The notes: generated by a model from the letters alone, not told the origin. Counted from the stretch's first letter, positions 1 through 10,474 are shown. The stretch is 64,000 nucleotides of DNA from Candidatus Woesearchaeota archaeon B3_Woes (GCA_005222965.1 NJBG01000001.1:613533-677532); one strand, 5' to 3'. A program made the numbers and translations.

Positions 1-261
1 GGTAAAAAAGTAAAATTAACTAAATGCAGACTAAAAATAGAAATTGATGGAGATATGGAGATGGATTACACAGGAATGTTTGGAAAATCTAGATTTGGAA
101 AAATGCTGTATAATGTCTATTCTTTATTTATACTAAAAGAAGAAAGAGTAATGTCTGTGTGGTGGGACGAACTTTACTATAGAATCTACAAATTACAAAC
201 AATAGCAAAAGAATATCTTGATATGGAAGCAAAAGGCAATGCATATTATGATATGTATTAA
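1..261 (+). CDS. Hypothetical protein, 5'-truncated by the window edge; paralog of 275..820
   Basis: Frame 1 is open from base 1 (GKKVKLTKCRLKIEIDGDMEMDY...) and aligns by eye with KVKVKMNQGKADFIFDGYVETDY of the next ORF. Confidence 0.75.
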   Translation, partial: GKKVKLTKCRLKIEIDGDMEMDYTGMFGKSRFGKMLYNVYSLFILKEERVMSVWWDELYYRIYKLQTIAKEYLDMEAKGNAYYDMY

Positions 262-274
262 TATGGTGATTTAA

Positions 275-820
275 ATGGCTGAAAGAGAAGTTGTAATTGA
301 CAAGATGCGTTTAAGCTATGAAGGCTTATTCAAAGTTTCAGAATTATATAAATTAGTGGATGGTTGGCTAAGGGAAAAAGGATATGATAAAAGAGAGAGA
401 AGAATGATTGAAAACGTAACTAAAGACGGGAAATTTATTGAATGGGAAATGGAACCATGGAAAAAAATAACAGATTATGCTAATAATGTCATTAAATTAA
501 GGATTATTTTAACAGATATAAAAGAAGTTGATGTTGAAGTTGACAAAGTAAAAGTAAAAATGAATCAAGGAAAAGCTGATTTTATTTTTGATGGTTATGT
601 TGAAACAGACTATGAAAACAGATGGGATACAAAACCTTTATTTTATTTTTTAAGAACATTCTTTAATAAATATATATTCAAACCATATACAGAAGGATAT
701 GCAAGCAATGTAATAGGAGATGTAAACGATCTTCACAGCAGAATAAGATCATTCTTAAATCTGTATAGATATAGCGATGTTGCGTGGACTAAACCAGCAA
801 CAACATTTCCAACACATTAA
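275..820 (+). CDS. Hypothetical protein
   Basis: 181-aa ORF with GGTGA RBS upstream; no recognised motif. Confidence 0.8.
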   Translation: MAEREVVIDKMRLSYEGLFKVSELYKLVDGWLREKGYDKRERRMIENVTKDGKFIEWEMEPWKKITDYANNVIKLRIILTDIKEVDVEVDKVKVKMNQGKADFIFDGYVETDYENRWDTKPLFYFLRTFFNKYIFKPYTEGYASNVIGDVNDLHSRIRSFLNLYRYSDVAWTKPATTFPTH

Positions 821-865
821 GAATTTAGTAAGATTTTTAAATGATATATTAACTCAAATAGATAT

Positions 866-938
866 GCCTCCGTAGCATAGTAGCTATTGCGGCAGACTTG
901 TAATCTGCAGGTCGTGGGTGCAATTCCCATCGGAGGCT
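866..938 (+). tRNA. tRNA-Thr(UGU)
   Basis: Acceptor GCCTCCG/CGGAGGC, anticodon arm GCAGA-CT-TGT-AA-TCTGC, T arm GTGGG-TGCAATT-CCCAT; CCA not encoded. Confidence 0.95.
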
Positions 939-962
939 TTTTATCTTAAAGGAGGTTGTACA

Positions 963-1616
963 ATGAATATAGTTTTTTTAGGACCACCAAGTGTTGGAAA
1001 AGGAACATACACAAGCAGAATTAAAGAAAAATACAGAATCCTTCATATTTCTACAGGAGATATTTTTAGGGAAAATATAAAAAACAACACAAACTTAGGC
1101 CAAGAAGCTAAAAAATATATGGATCAGGGAAAATTAGTCCCTGATGAAGTCACAATAAATATGGTTAAAGATAGGTTATCTAAAGACGACGTTAAAAAAG
1201 GTTATATTCTCGATGGATTTCCAAGAACAACCCCTCAGGCAGAAGCATTAAGCGAATTCTCAAAAATAGATGTTGTAATTAATTTTACTGCAGATGAATC
1301 TGTAATAATACAAAGAGTAGGTGGAAGAATAATCTGCAAAAAATGTAGTGCTATCTTTAATATTAACAATATCCCACCAAAAGTAGAAAATGTTTGCGAC
1401 AAATGTGGTGGTGAATTATACCAAAGAGATGATGATAAACCAGAAGCAGTCAAAAAAAGATTAAAAATTTATGAAGAACAAACAGCACCTTTAATAAAAT
1501 ATTATAAAGAAAAAGGTTTGTTAAAAACAATTGATGCGAATACTGAAGATATAGATAGTATTGTACAAAAAGTAATTAAAATCTTAGATCCTATTCAGGA
1601 AAAATCTGCTTTATAG
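963..1616 (+). CDS. adk: Adenylate kinase with Zn-finger LID
   Basis: GPPSVGKGT P-loop, HISTGD, LDGFPRT, CxxC...CxxC lid; start moved to ATG 963 after GGAGG because the track start lies inside the tRNA. Confidence 0.95.
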   Translation: MNIVFLGPPSVGKGTYTSRIKEKYRILHISTGDIFRENIKNNTNLGQEAKKYMDQGKLVPDEVTINMVKDRLSKDDVKKGYILDGFPRTTPQAEALSEFSKIDVVINFTADESVIIQRVGGRIICKKCSAIFNINNIPPKVENVCDKCGGELYQRDDDKPEAVKKRLKIYEEQTAPLIKYYKEKGLLKTIDANTEDIDSIVQKVIKILDPIQEKSAL

Positions 1617-2478
1617 CTTCAGTAGCATAACTCCCTTTAGACAACATAAACTTTAGAATATATCCTTTTTCTATTTTTTCAATTTCTAAATTCTTAATAT
1701 CTACAAAAACATCTCTTTCATTACCCTCTGAACTTAATTCAGGTATCTGTTTTATAATAAAATCTCTAGTAGTAATTCCCTCCTTATTAAGAATTCCTTT
1801 AATGTTTTCTGTAACTTCAGTACCAAAACCAATTATAGGAAGAGTTTTAGTATTGCATTTTGTGACCATCTCATTCCATAAATAAGATTGATAAGAATGA
1901 ACATACAATTTTAATATTTTTAATGGAATTTTTCTTAAAGCACCAATATAATCAGTTGGTTTTTTTGATAAATATTCTTCAACTAATCTTTCATTATTTT
2001 TAATAATAAGATCTACAGCTTTTTTAAAATCCCTTTTTATAATTAATTTGCCAATCTCTTTATTGTTTTTAGAAAACCGCTGCTCTCCAAAATAATTAAT
2101 CATTTTAGCAATCTTTTTTGGTTTTCTATCTGTTATAACTTTAATAACAAATTCATTTCCTTCTAAATCACCCAAAAGAATTGGATTATCTAAATACCCT
2201 TTAAACTCCAAAAAAATATCCGTTAATTCCAATTCTTTTATTCTAGAATTTTTTATAGAAATATACTGAGTTGTTACAGCAATCTTATCCTTATTCCCAG
2301 CATAACTAATAAACTTTCTAGGTATTCCTAATTTATTAGCAATTGTCTGAACAGCTCTTTCAGTTGTATAATCCCTTTTCTTAAGCAAAAAAACAGAATA
2401 AACCCCTTTATCATTTAATCTAATATTTGTTATTTCATTTACTACAAAATCTTCTGGTTTCTTCTTTATTCTATACAT
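1591..2478 (-). CDS. truD: tRNA pseudouridine(13) synthase TruD
   Basis: PEDFVVNE, YAGNKDK, NYFGEQRF, AYQS-like SYQSYLWN and GSYAT motifs. Confidence 0.92.
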   Translation of the reverse strand: MYRIKKKPEDFVVNEITNIRLNDKGVYSVFLLKKRDYTTERAVQTIANKLGIPRKFISYAGNKDKIAVTTQYISIKNSRIKELELTDIFLEFKGYLDNPILLGDLEGNEFVIKVITDRKPKKIAKMINYFGEQRFSKNNKEIGKLIIKRDFKKAVDLIIKNNERLVEEYLSKKPTDYIGALRKIPLKILKLYVHSYQSYLWNEMVTKCNTKTLPIIGFGTEVTENIKGILNKEGITTRDFIIKQIPELSSEGNERDVFVDIKNLEIEKIEKGYILKFMLSKGSYATEAIKQIFPE

Positions 2479-2523
2479 AATAATGAAAAGCTTATTAAAA
2501 CAATATAAATTTATTCATTATAT

Positions 2524-2613
2524 GCGCCCGTAGCTCAGTCTGGATAGAGCGATTCCCTCCTAATATTATCAGAAGAGAGGAATAGGTCGGGGGTTCAAAT
2601 CCTCCTGGGCGCG
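2524..2613 (+). tRNA. tRNA-Arg(CCU) with a 15-nt intron at 37/38 (2563-2577)
   Basis: Acceptor GCGCCCG/TGGGCGC; ATTCC-CT-CCT-A[ATATTATCAGAAGAG]A-GGAAT; GGTTCAAATCC T arm; 75 nt after splicing. Confidence 0.92.
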
Positions 2614-2682
2614 TTTATCTTAATAAGTGAGCTTGACGAGTAAAGCTAGGAAACCCACAAAGTGTCAAGTGATTTTGCACTT

Positions 2683-2708
2683 GGTTTATATCCTCCTGGG
2701 TGCGTTTA
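2683..2708 (+). repeat. Degenerate direct repeat of the tRNA-Arg 3' end (att-like)
   Basis: GGTTTATATCCTCCTGGGTGCGTTTA versus GGTTCAAATCCTCCTGGGCGCGTTTA (2592-2617), 23/26 identical. Confidence 0.8.
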
Positions 2709-4103
2709 AACCAATTTCTTAAGAATATCCATAACTGTTTTGCCATCAACCTTTCCTTTGTATTTGCCCATAACAATTCCCATATAAGCTCCAATACTTA
2801 ACCCTGGCTTTCCTTCAACAATCTTTTTAATTTCTTTTTCTAAATCACCTTTTGAAGCTGATTTATACTTTTTAACATCAAACTTGCCTTTTGAATGATC
2901 AACTATAACTTCTGCAATCATATTTTTTGATATTTGACCTTTATCTACATATAACAACACTTCTAAAACCAGTTTATCAGTCAATTTATCAAAATCAACA
3001 TTATACTTTTTACTAATATCTTTAAGAGAAGTAAAAATTGACGCGATATAAGAAGGCTTTAAATTTTTAAATCTTTTTACAGCATCTTCAAACACATCTG
3101 CGTTGTTTTTTGCAAAATAATTAGCTAAATCTCTATTTAAACCTAATTTTTCAAACCTTTTTGCTTTTTCATGAATCAATTCAGGAGCATCTGCTATATC
3201 TTTTACAGAAACCTTTAACGGAATAACATCTGTTTCAGGATACATCCTCGCCCCACCAGGCATAGGCCTTAAATAATTTGTAGTTCCATCAGAATTAACC
3301 TTTCTAACTTCAGGAGAAGATTTACTAAGTTTAATTTGCCGATTAACCTCTTTCTCAATTATAATTAGTATTGATCTTAAATCCTGGAAACCTTTCATCT
3401 CAACTCTTGATTTGCCCTTAATAGAAACATTCACATCTTGTCGTATGGTTCCAATACCTCTCTTAACTTTTCCAGTACTCCTTAAAATCATGCCAATCTT
3501 CTCAGCAACCTCTTTTGCATGTTCATTATCTTTTATATCAGGATCAGTTGCTATCTCTATTAATGGTATCCCTAATCTGTCTAATCTATACTTTGTATAT
3601 TCTTTAGTTTCCTCTGCTTTTTGAGCAGCCTCTTCTTCCAAACAAATAGTTGGAATTCCAACATTGCCTTTTGAAGTTTCTACAACACCACCATAAGCAA
3701 CCAAAGCAGTTCTCTGAAAACCAGAAACATTACTCCCATCAATAACCGTCTTCCTCATAACTTGTATTTCATCAACAATTTTGGCTTTTAACATCAAAGC
3801 AACCTGTAGTACAACATCAACAGCTTCTTTATTTATTGAGTGTGGTGGCTCTTCATCCATCTCAACTAAACAACAATCTTTAGAATCAGCTTCATAAATG
3901 AATTTTTTAGATTTCTCCATCTCATATTTTGCAGTAATATCAATCTCTCCTGTTTCTCCAACAACAGCTCTTAATCTCCTTTCAAAATGAACATCAGGTT
4001 TTTCCTTAGAATTAATAGTATGACAATCACAAAACAATTTTTTACCTTCTAATTGTTGATGTATCTCTAATCCACATTTAAATCCTAATTTCTGATAATC
4101 CAT
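2706..4103 (-). CDS. gatE: Glu-tRNA(Gln) amidotransferase subunit GatE, short form
   Basis: GLEIHQQL, KLFC, DGSNVSGFQRT, LDRLGIPLIEI, RMYPETD; adjacent to gatD. Confidence 0.95.
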   Translation of the reverse strand: MDYQKLGFKCGLEIHQQLEGKKLFCDCHTINSKEKPDVHFERRLRAVVGETGEIDITAKYEMEKSKKFIYEADSKDCCLVEMDEEPPHSINKEAVDVVLQVALMLKAKIVDEIQVMRKTVIDGSNVSGFQRTALVAYGGVVETSKGNVGIPTICLEEEAAQKAEETKEYTKYRLDRLGIPLIEIATDPDIKDNEHAKEVAEKIGMILRSTGKVKRGIGTIRQDVNVSIKGKSRVEMKGFQDLRSILIIIEKEVNRQIKLSKSSPEVRKVNSDGTTNYLRPMPGGARMYPETDVIPLKVSVKDIADAPELIHEKAKRFEKLGLNRDLANYFAKNNADVFEDAVKRFKNLKPSYIASIFTSLKDISKKYNVDFDKLTDKLVLEVLLYVDKGQISKNMIAEVIVDHSKGKFDVKKYKSASKGDLEKEIKKIVEGKPGLSIGAYMGIVMGKYKGKVDGKTVMDILKKLV

Positions 4104-4106
4104 TTT

Positions 4107-5387
4107 TTAATATAAGAAGCTTTTTTCATCACTTCTTTCTGTAATCTCTCCAGAAACATTAGTCAACATTAATTCCTTTACCTTGTCTAAATCTTTTGTT
4201 TGTGATAGCACAAAACCCAACTTAACATAAGCTACTTCAGGCAACATATCCTCTACAAAAATACATTTTAATTTAATTGAGAGTATTCTTAAAGCAGAAT
4301 AAACTAATGGATGGACCCTTCCATATAAAGTTTGGGAAGCAATTACAATAGGAATTTTTGCTTTAATCGCTTTTTCTATGTTAGGATATAATTTTTGAGG
4401 TGCATGACCTAAAGCAGTTGCACTTAAAACAATTCCTTTAACACCTTTTTTTACATAAAAATCAACTATTTCTGGATCCATTCCAGGATAAACATTGATT
4501 AAAGCAACCTTTTCTTCAAACTTATCAATAGCTTTAACCTTAGATTTACCTCTTTTCATAAAATTCTGATTCACTACTTCTATTTTTCCATTTTCAAACA
4601 CTTTTGCTAATGGTAATTCATTCATAGGCCTAAAAGCATCTCTTTTTGAAGTATGCATTTTACGAACATTTGTACCTCTGATCAATAAACAATAATCATC
4701 ACTTGTTGTTCCATGCATACAAGTCATAACTTCAGCACCATCAAATTTAGCAGCAGCTGTCACAGCACAAATCAAATTCATAAAAGCATCAGAACTTCCT
4801 CTATCAATACTTCTCTGAGCAGCTGTTAATACAACTGGTTTAGATAAATCTTTTAATAAAAATGATAGCGCAGCTGATGTAAAATGCAATGTATCTGTTC
4901 CTTGTGTTACAACAACACCATCTGCACCAGAGTTAAGCTCTTTCTCAACCTCTTTTGCAATTAAGACCCAATCTTTTCCATTCATATCCTCAGACATCAC
5001 AGATAGTATTTTTTTAGCTTTTAAATTAGCAATCTCAACTAATTCAGGGCACATAGAAACAAAATCTTCTGCAGTATAATCAGCATAAACACCACCTGTT
5101 TTGTAATCAATTTTTGAGGAAATTGTACCTCCTGTTGACAATATAGTTACATTAGGCAAACCTTTTTTTGGTTTTAATTCTGATTTTGAAGCTTTCTTAG
5201 GAGAATATTTTTTTACTAACTCCACCTTTTTTATCTTCTTATTATTAATACCAATATTATATCCATTATCCAGTTTAATAACAGTAATGTCCTTCTCAAG
5301 AACATCTGGACGAGGCATTAAAATACCTTCAAACACACCATCTTTTGTTGTAATCTTTACTAAATCGCCTGCTTTTGTATCTGCCAT
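4107..5387 (-). CDS. gatD: Glu-tRNA(Gln) amidotransferase subunit GatD
   Basis: KLDNGYNIG N-domain, STGGTISS, GTDTL, QRSIDRGSSDA, RKMHTS asparaginase-like motifs. Confidence 0.95.
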   Translation of the reverse strand: MADTKAGDLVKITTKDGVFEGILMPRPDVLEKDITVIKLDNGYNIGINNKKIKKVELVKKYSPKKASKSELKPKKGLPNVTILSTGGTISSKIDYKTGGVYADYTAEDFVSMCPELVEIANLKAKKILSVMSEDMNGKDWVLIAKEVEKELNSGADGVVVTQGTDTLHFTSAALSFLLKDLSKPVVLTAAQRSIDRGSSDAFMNLICAVTAAAKFDGAEVMTCMHGTTSDDYCLLIRGTNVRKMHTSKRDAFRPMNELPLAKVFENGKIEVVNQNFMKRGKSKVKAIDKFEEKVALINVYPGMDPEIVDFYVKKGVKGIVLSATALGHAPQKLYPNIEKAIKAKIPIVIASQTLYGRVHPLVYSALRILSIKLKCIFVEDMLPEVAYVKLGFVLSQTKDLDKVKELMLTNVSGEITERSDEKSFLY

Positions 5388-5477
5388 ATAAACTAATTAG
5401 ATTGTTTAGTTATTTAAGTATTTTGGTTCTTTATTAATTCATAACGTTTTTATATTACTGATTTGAATATTGTTCTA

Positions 5478-5987
5478 ATGAATTTCATATCTAAATCAAA
5501 AACATTTGATTATAAAACCAAAAAAAGACTGGATTTCATCACAATTACTTCTAATATTGAAGATTTTATTAAAGAATCCAATATTGATTCTGGTTTTGTT
5601 GTTATTCAAACACACCACACAACATGCAGCGTGTGGGTTAATGAAAACGAAAAAAAACTAATAGGAGAAAAAGGAGACCTTCAAAAAATTTTAGACAATT
5701 TTGCAGATCCTAATGCCGAATATGGTCATAATGATATAAAAGATTCTAATAATCCAAATGGAAAACGCAATACACATTTATGCGAACCAGATTCTTGTGG
5801 AATCATTTCTGAATGTAAAAATGGCCATGCACACTCCCAAGGAATGATCTTACCTTGTTCAATAATATTAATCATAAAAGACGGCAAACTTGCTAAAGGA
5901 AGATGGCAGGAGATTATGTTAGTAGAACTAGATCATAATAGAGAAAGAAAAGTTACAGTTTTAGTCCAAGGATCAGAAAAATCATAA
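5478..5987 (+). CDS. YjbQ/UPF0047 family protein
   Basis: HTTCSVWVNENE, NGHAH, GRWQEIMLVELD motifs. Confidence 0.85.
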   Translation: MNFISKSKTFDYKTKKRLDFITITSNIEDFIKESNIDSGFVVIQTHHTTCSVWVNENEKKLIGEKGDLQKILDNFADPNAEYGHNDIKDSNNPNGKRNTHLCEPDSCGIISECKNGHAHSQGMILPCSIILIIKDGKLAKGRWQEIMLVELDHNRERKVTVLVQGSEKS

Positions 5988-6734
5988 ATCTGCTTTATTA
6001 TCTATAAATACAGTCTGTACATTAAATCTTTCTTTTATAAAGGGTATCAATAACTTCAAACCAACAGTTTCTGTTGCATAATGCCCTCCAACAATCATAC
6101 TTAATTTATAATCTCTAGCTCTATTATATTCACCTAAATTAATTTCTCCAACTAAAAAACAATCTAACTTTTCTTTTACATTATCTTCTATTGATGCTGC
6201 TCCTGCACCAGAAACAATACCAATTGATTTTATTTTTGTTTTTCCAAAAGAAAAAATTCTACACTTTGTTTTCAATTCTTTGTTTAATATATCTGAAATT
6301 TGATTAAGGGTTTTAGGTTTATCAAATATACCTTTATAACCTATCTTAAAACCATGATAAGAACCAAATCTTTTTATTTTACTTAACTCTAAAATTTTAG
6401 CTAATCCAATATTATGCCCATATTTATGATTTCTATCTAAAGGCAAATGTGCCCCATATAAAGAAATTTTATTTTTTTTAAGAAAATTTTCTCTATCTTT
6501 AGTCAATTTTATATATTTTTGAGGTTTCCACTTAATCCCATGATGAACAATCAATAAATCAACTTTAGCTTTTTTCGCTTTTTCAAAAGTAGACAAACAA
6601 CCATCAACTGCAAATCCAATTTTTTTAACTTCAGATTTACATTTAACCTGTAAACCATTCCTCGAACTATCTGATATTCTCTTAACTTCTAATTCTCTAT
6701 CAAGAAATCTCTTTATTTGAGTTAATTTTGCCAT
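5982..6734 (-). CDS. Nif3-like dinuclear metal protein
   Basis: NGLQV, LLIVHHG, HLPLD, GHYATE motifs; start taken at MAKLTQ. Confidence 0.92.
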   Translation of the reverse strand: MAKLTQIKRFLDRELEVKRISDSSRNGLQVKCKSEVKKIGFAVDGCLSTFEKAKKAKVDLLIVHHGIKWKPQKYIKLTKDRENFLKKNKISLYGAHLPLDRNHKYGHNIGLAKILELSKIKRFGSYHGFKIGYKGIFDKPKTLNQISDILNKELKTKCRIFSFGKTKIKSIGIVSGAGAASIEDNVKEKLDCFLVGEINLGEYNRARDYKLSMIVGGHYATETVGLKLLIPFIKERFNVQTVFIDNKADL

Positions 6735-6785
6735 AAATAAATGATAGAACAAAACTTTATAAACTTTAACATTTTCACCAGATTT

Positions 6786-7205
6786 ATGGAAAATAAAAAA
6801 CACATTGTTGCTATTAATGCTTTTATTAAAAGCAAATCAGGAGATAAATTCTTGATAGTTAAAAGGAATAAAGATGAGATTGCTTATCCAGGAAAATGGG
6901 TTTTTCCTGGTGGAAAATCTGAAAAAGGTGAAACAATTATGGATGTTCTTAAAAGAGAGGTACTAGAAGAAGTAGGTTTAGAAATAGAGGACAACAAAAG
7001 ATACATAAAAGATTTTACTTTTGTAAGACCCGATGGTCACAATGTTATTGGTTTTTGCTTTGAAATTAAATCTAAATCAGATGATGTTAAACTTTCAAAT
7101 GATTTTGAAGACTTCAAATGGATAACACCAGAAGAACTTTCTAATTTTGACCATATTAAAGGCATGGAAAAAGAAGTTGAAATTGTATTTAACCAAAATA
7201 ACTAG
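6786..7205 (+). CDS. NUDIX hydrolase
   Basis: Nudix box [24 protein letters not shown]. Confidence 0.9.
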   Translation: MENKKHIVAINAFIKSKSGDKFLIVKRNKDEIAYPGKWVFPGGKSEKGETIMDVLKREVLEEVGLEIEDNKRYIKDFTFVRPDGHNVIGFCFEIKSKSDDVKLSNDFEDFKWITPEELSNFDHIKGMEKEVEIVFNQNN

Positions 7206-10017
7206 GAGACTCTTCTTCCATCTGTTTAGCTGTTGAAGATTTCAAACTATCTTTAAGCTCTTCATACTTTTTTTCAATATTTTTTGTTACAGAAGGACCA
7301 ATTTCTTTTAAAGCATTCTCAAAATTTGCCATTGTAACTTCCTTTGAATTCATATCTTTTCTCAAAGCATTTATTGCTGCCTCTCTACATAAAGCTTCTA
7401 TATCAGAACCAGTATAACCCTCTGTTCTCTCAACTAACTTTTTAATATCAACACCTTCTAAAGGCATCCCTTTTGTATGAACCTTAAATATTTCTTCTCT
7501 TGTTTTTTTATCAGGTATTGGAATTAATATCAATCTATCAAATCTTCCTGGCCTTAACAAAGCAGAATCAATTATATCTGGCCGGTTTGTAGCAGCTAAA
7601 ACAACAACATCATTTAATGTTTCCAATCCATCTAACTCAGTTAAAATCTGATTTACAACAGATTCAATTACATGACTCCCTTGATTAACCCCCCTTCTTG
7701 GTGCTAATGCATCAATTTCATCAAAGAAAATAATTGTAGGGGCGGTTTGCCTGGCCTTTTTGAAAATCTCTCTAACAGCTTTTTCTGATTCACCAACCCA
7801 CTTTGACAATAATTCAGGACCCTTAACAAGTATAAAATTAGCTTTACTCTCTGTTGCAACAGCTTTAGCTAGTAAAGTTTTACCAGTTCCAGGAGCACCA
7901 TAAAGCAAAATACCTCTTGGAGGAGTTATTCCCATCTTTTTGAAATCTTTTGGATTTTTAAGAGGCCATTCAACAGCTTCTTCTAAACTCTCTTTTGCTT
8001 TATCCAATCCACCAATATCCTCCCATTTTACATTTGGTTTTTCTATTAATACCTCCCTCAATGCAGAAGGTCTAACCATCTTTAATGCTTCCCTAAACTC
8101 TTTTTGAGTTACTACTAATTTTTCCAAAACATCTTTCGAAAGCGATTGATTATCTTTTAATTTTAAATCAGGAAGAACCTTTCTTAAAACAACCATAGCA
8201 GATTCTTTTGCCAATGCTTCTAAATCAGCACCAACAAAACCATATGTTATATCAGCCATATTTTCTAAATCTCTTGGAATTCCATTCTGCCTTATAGATT
8301 GATAAAATTCTTTATTTACTACTTTCAATTCTATTAAATCAGTAATAATTAATTGTACTTCTTCTGATACTTTCCATTTCTTTAGTTCAATAAATATATT
8401 TCTTTCATCTTTTTCTTTTTCACTCCATATCTCTTTAATATGTTCGATAGATTTTATAGAATCAATACTATCATTAAGGAGACTTTTTTTCTTTTCTAAC
8501 AATTTCTTAGTTTCATCTATTTTCTTAATACTTCTTTCTAATTTAACCAACTCTTTCTCTAAGTCTTTTTGTTCATTATTCTTAGAATCAATTTTTTTAT
8601 TAACTTGACTTATCAAATTTAAAGTCTGTCCAACAAGAGATGCATCTCTCCCTTTCTTCATCTCCTCTAACTCTTTTAATTTAGTTTGAAGTTTTTTTAT
8701 ATCAGATTTAGTATCTAAAATTCTATTTTTATTCAACTCAACCTCTTTATTTAATCCATCAAATCTTTCATCTATCTTTTTAATCAATCCTTTTGCAGCA
8801 ATATCGCTGTAGAAAGATCCTTCCAAAGGCATGTTTCTTGTATGAATTTTTAATATATTCAAACGCCCTTTTTTATTAGGAACATTAATTGAAATTTCCC
8901 TATCAAACCTTCCAGGCCTTCTTAAAGCAGGATCTATTGAATTAGGAATATTTGTTGCAGCAATTACAACAACCTTGCCTCTTGATTTCAGACCATCCAT
9001 TAAAGCAAGCAACTGAGCAACAACCCTTCTCTCAACCTCTCCTTTGCTTTCCTCTCTTTTAGGAGCCAATGAATCAATCTCATCAATAAATATTATAGAA
9101 GGCGCATTCTTTTCAGCCTCTTCAAAGAATTTACGTAAATTCTGTTCAGATTCTCCATAAAACTTTGACATAATCTCGGGACCATTTATAACAGCAAAAT
9201 GAGTATCAGATTCGTTTGCAACAGCTTTAGCTAGCAAAGTCTTACCAGTCCCAGGAGGACCATGCAATAAAACCCCTTTTGGAGGTTCAATCCCCAATTT
9301 ATCAAATATCTCAGGATATTTTAATGGCAACTCTACCATCTCTCTTATTTTTTTAATCTCATTATTTAATCCACCAATATCTTCATAATTAACATCCGAA
9401 ACAATTTCTTCTTTGACTTCTACAGCTTCAGGATTAAGAACTATTTCAGTAGATTCAGTTATTATAACAGCATCTTTGGGATTAGTATCAACAACAACAA
9501 ATTTTAGGTCACCAAAACCAAAACCAACATTAAAGCTATCTTCAAGAAAGCCCTTAAACACATCATCAAAAAAAGGATTATCTGGATTATCAGCCATTGC
9601 AGTACGTCTCCTTTTTGTACCACCCATAGATATAATATCTCCTTTAATAACGGCTCTACCGAGTAATCCTTGTTTAAAAGAATTAGAAGATGCCTTTACA
9701 ATAACCCCTTTTCTAGACGGCGCTATTGTAATTTTCTTTGCTTCTTTTATTTCAGCCTTTTTTATCCCAACCAATTCACCAATACCTGTCTTGGCGTTTT
9801 TTCTTATAATTCCATCCATCCGTATTATATTAAGACCAATATCTCCTGGATAAGCTCTATCAGCAACAGCAACAGTCTTTCTATCACCATTTATTTCAAT
9901 AATATCACCTGGCTTTATTCCAGTCTCTTTCATAAAATTAGAATCAATTCTGACTATACCTTTCTCTACATCATCTGCTACAGCTTCTACAACTTTTAAT
10001 TTTATTTCTTTGCTCAT
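7189..10017 (-). CDS. cdc48: CDC48/VCP AAA+ ATPase with a long insertion after the D1 core
   Basis: N-domain plus two AAA modules ([35 protein letters not shown] twice). Confidence 0.95.
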   Translation of the reverse strand: MSKEIKLKVVEAVADDVEKGIVRIDSNFMKETGIKPGDIIEINGDRKTVAVADRAYPGDIGLNIIRMDGIIRKNAKTGIGELVGIKKAEIKEAKKITIAPSRKGVIVKASSNSFKQGLLGRAVIKGDIISMGGTKRRRTAMADNPDNPFFDDVFKGFLEDSFNVGFGFGDLKFVVVDTNPKDAVIITESTEIVLNPEAVEVKEEIVSDVNYEDIGGLNNEIKKIREMVELPLKYPEIFDKLGIEPPKGVLLHGPPGTGKTLLAKAVANESDTHFAVINGPEIMSKFYGESEQNLRKFFEEAEKNAPSIIFIDEIDSLAPKREESKGEVERRVVAQLLALMDGLKSRGKVVVIAATNIPNSIDPALRRPGRFDREISINVPNKKGRLNILKIHTRNMPLEGSFYSDIAAKGLIKKIDERFDGLNKEVELNKNRILDTKSDIKKLQTKLKELEEMKKGRDASLVGQTLNLISQVNKKIDSKNNEQKDLEKELVKLERSIKKIDETKKLLEKKKSLLNDSIDSIKSIEHIKEIWSEKEKDERNIFIELKKWKVSEEVQLIITDLIELKVVNKEFYQSIRQNGIPRDLENMADITYGFVGADLEALAKESAMVVLRKVLPDLKLKDNQSLSKDVLEKLVVTQKEFREALKMVRPSALREVLIEKPNVKWEDIGGLDKAKESLEEAVEWPLKNPKDFKKMGITPPRGILLYGAPGTGKTLLAKAVATESKANFILVKGPELLSKWVGESEKAVREIFKKARQTAPTIIFFDEIDALAPRRGVNQGSHVIESVVNQILTELDGLETLNDVVVLAATNRPDIIDSALLRPGRFDRLILIPIPDKKTREEIFKVHTKGMPLEGVDIKKLVERTEGYTGSDIEALCREAAINALRKDMNSKEVTMANFENALKEIGPSVTKNIEKKYEELKDSLKSSTAKQMEEESPSYFG

Positions 10018-10069
10018 AAAAGCCCCATCTATTAACCTAATAGAATAATATTAAATAAAACTTTCGTTT

Positions 10070-10474
10070 TTATTTTGTTGTCTTAACTTTAGGCATGTTC
10101 AGGGTTGGTGGTAATCCAACCTCTCTACCGACAATTAATGCTTCTACATTACATTTTGTAAGCAAACTGTTCATTACCTGAGACAAAACATCATCTGGAA
10201 GTTTCTTATCTTTTTTCCATTGATTAAGAATTTCTTCTAATTTCTTTTGTTGGTCAACAATTATTGTCTCTCCTTCAATCATTATAGATCCTATATTTGG
10301 ATTATAATCAGCATTAAATTTAAATTCAATTCTTACAGATTCCTGACCAGATAATTTAAAATCATGTTTTTTAACATCAGTCACAACGATATTGTTATTT
10401 ATATTAATCTTTCCACTTATTGCAGCTTTTCTTTCAGCATTTATTTTTGTAAAGTTTATTCCTAAAACAGGCAT
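10070..10474 (-). CDS. Hypothetical protein
   Basis: 134-aa ORF from ATG 10474 with GGTGA RBS; ends VGLPPTLNMPKV. Confidence 0.75.
   Translation of the reverse strand: MPVLGINFTKINAERKAAISGKININNNIVVTDVKKHDFKLSGQESVRIEFKFNADYNPNIGSIMIEGETIIVDQQKKLEEILNQWKKDKKLPDDVLSQVMNSLLTKCNVEALIVGREVGLPPTLNMPKVKTTK

Noticed and set aside
918..962. Track start of adk at 918
   Set aside because: It lies inside tRNA-Thr; the RBS and homology support ATG 963
2648..2694. BHB intron within the tRNA-Arg downstream scar
   Set aside because: The best pairing (AACC/GGTT) leaves 4-nt bulges, not the canonical 3-nt
8272..8823. Intein in CDC48
   Set aside because: No Cys/Ser start with His-Asn end and no LAGLIDADG motifs; the composition is coiled-coil
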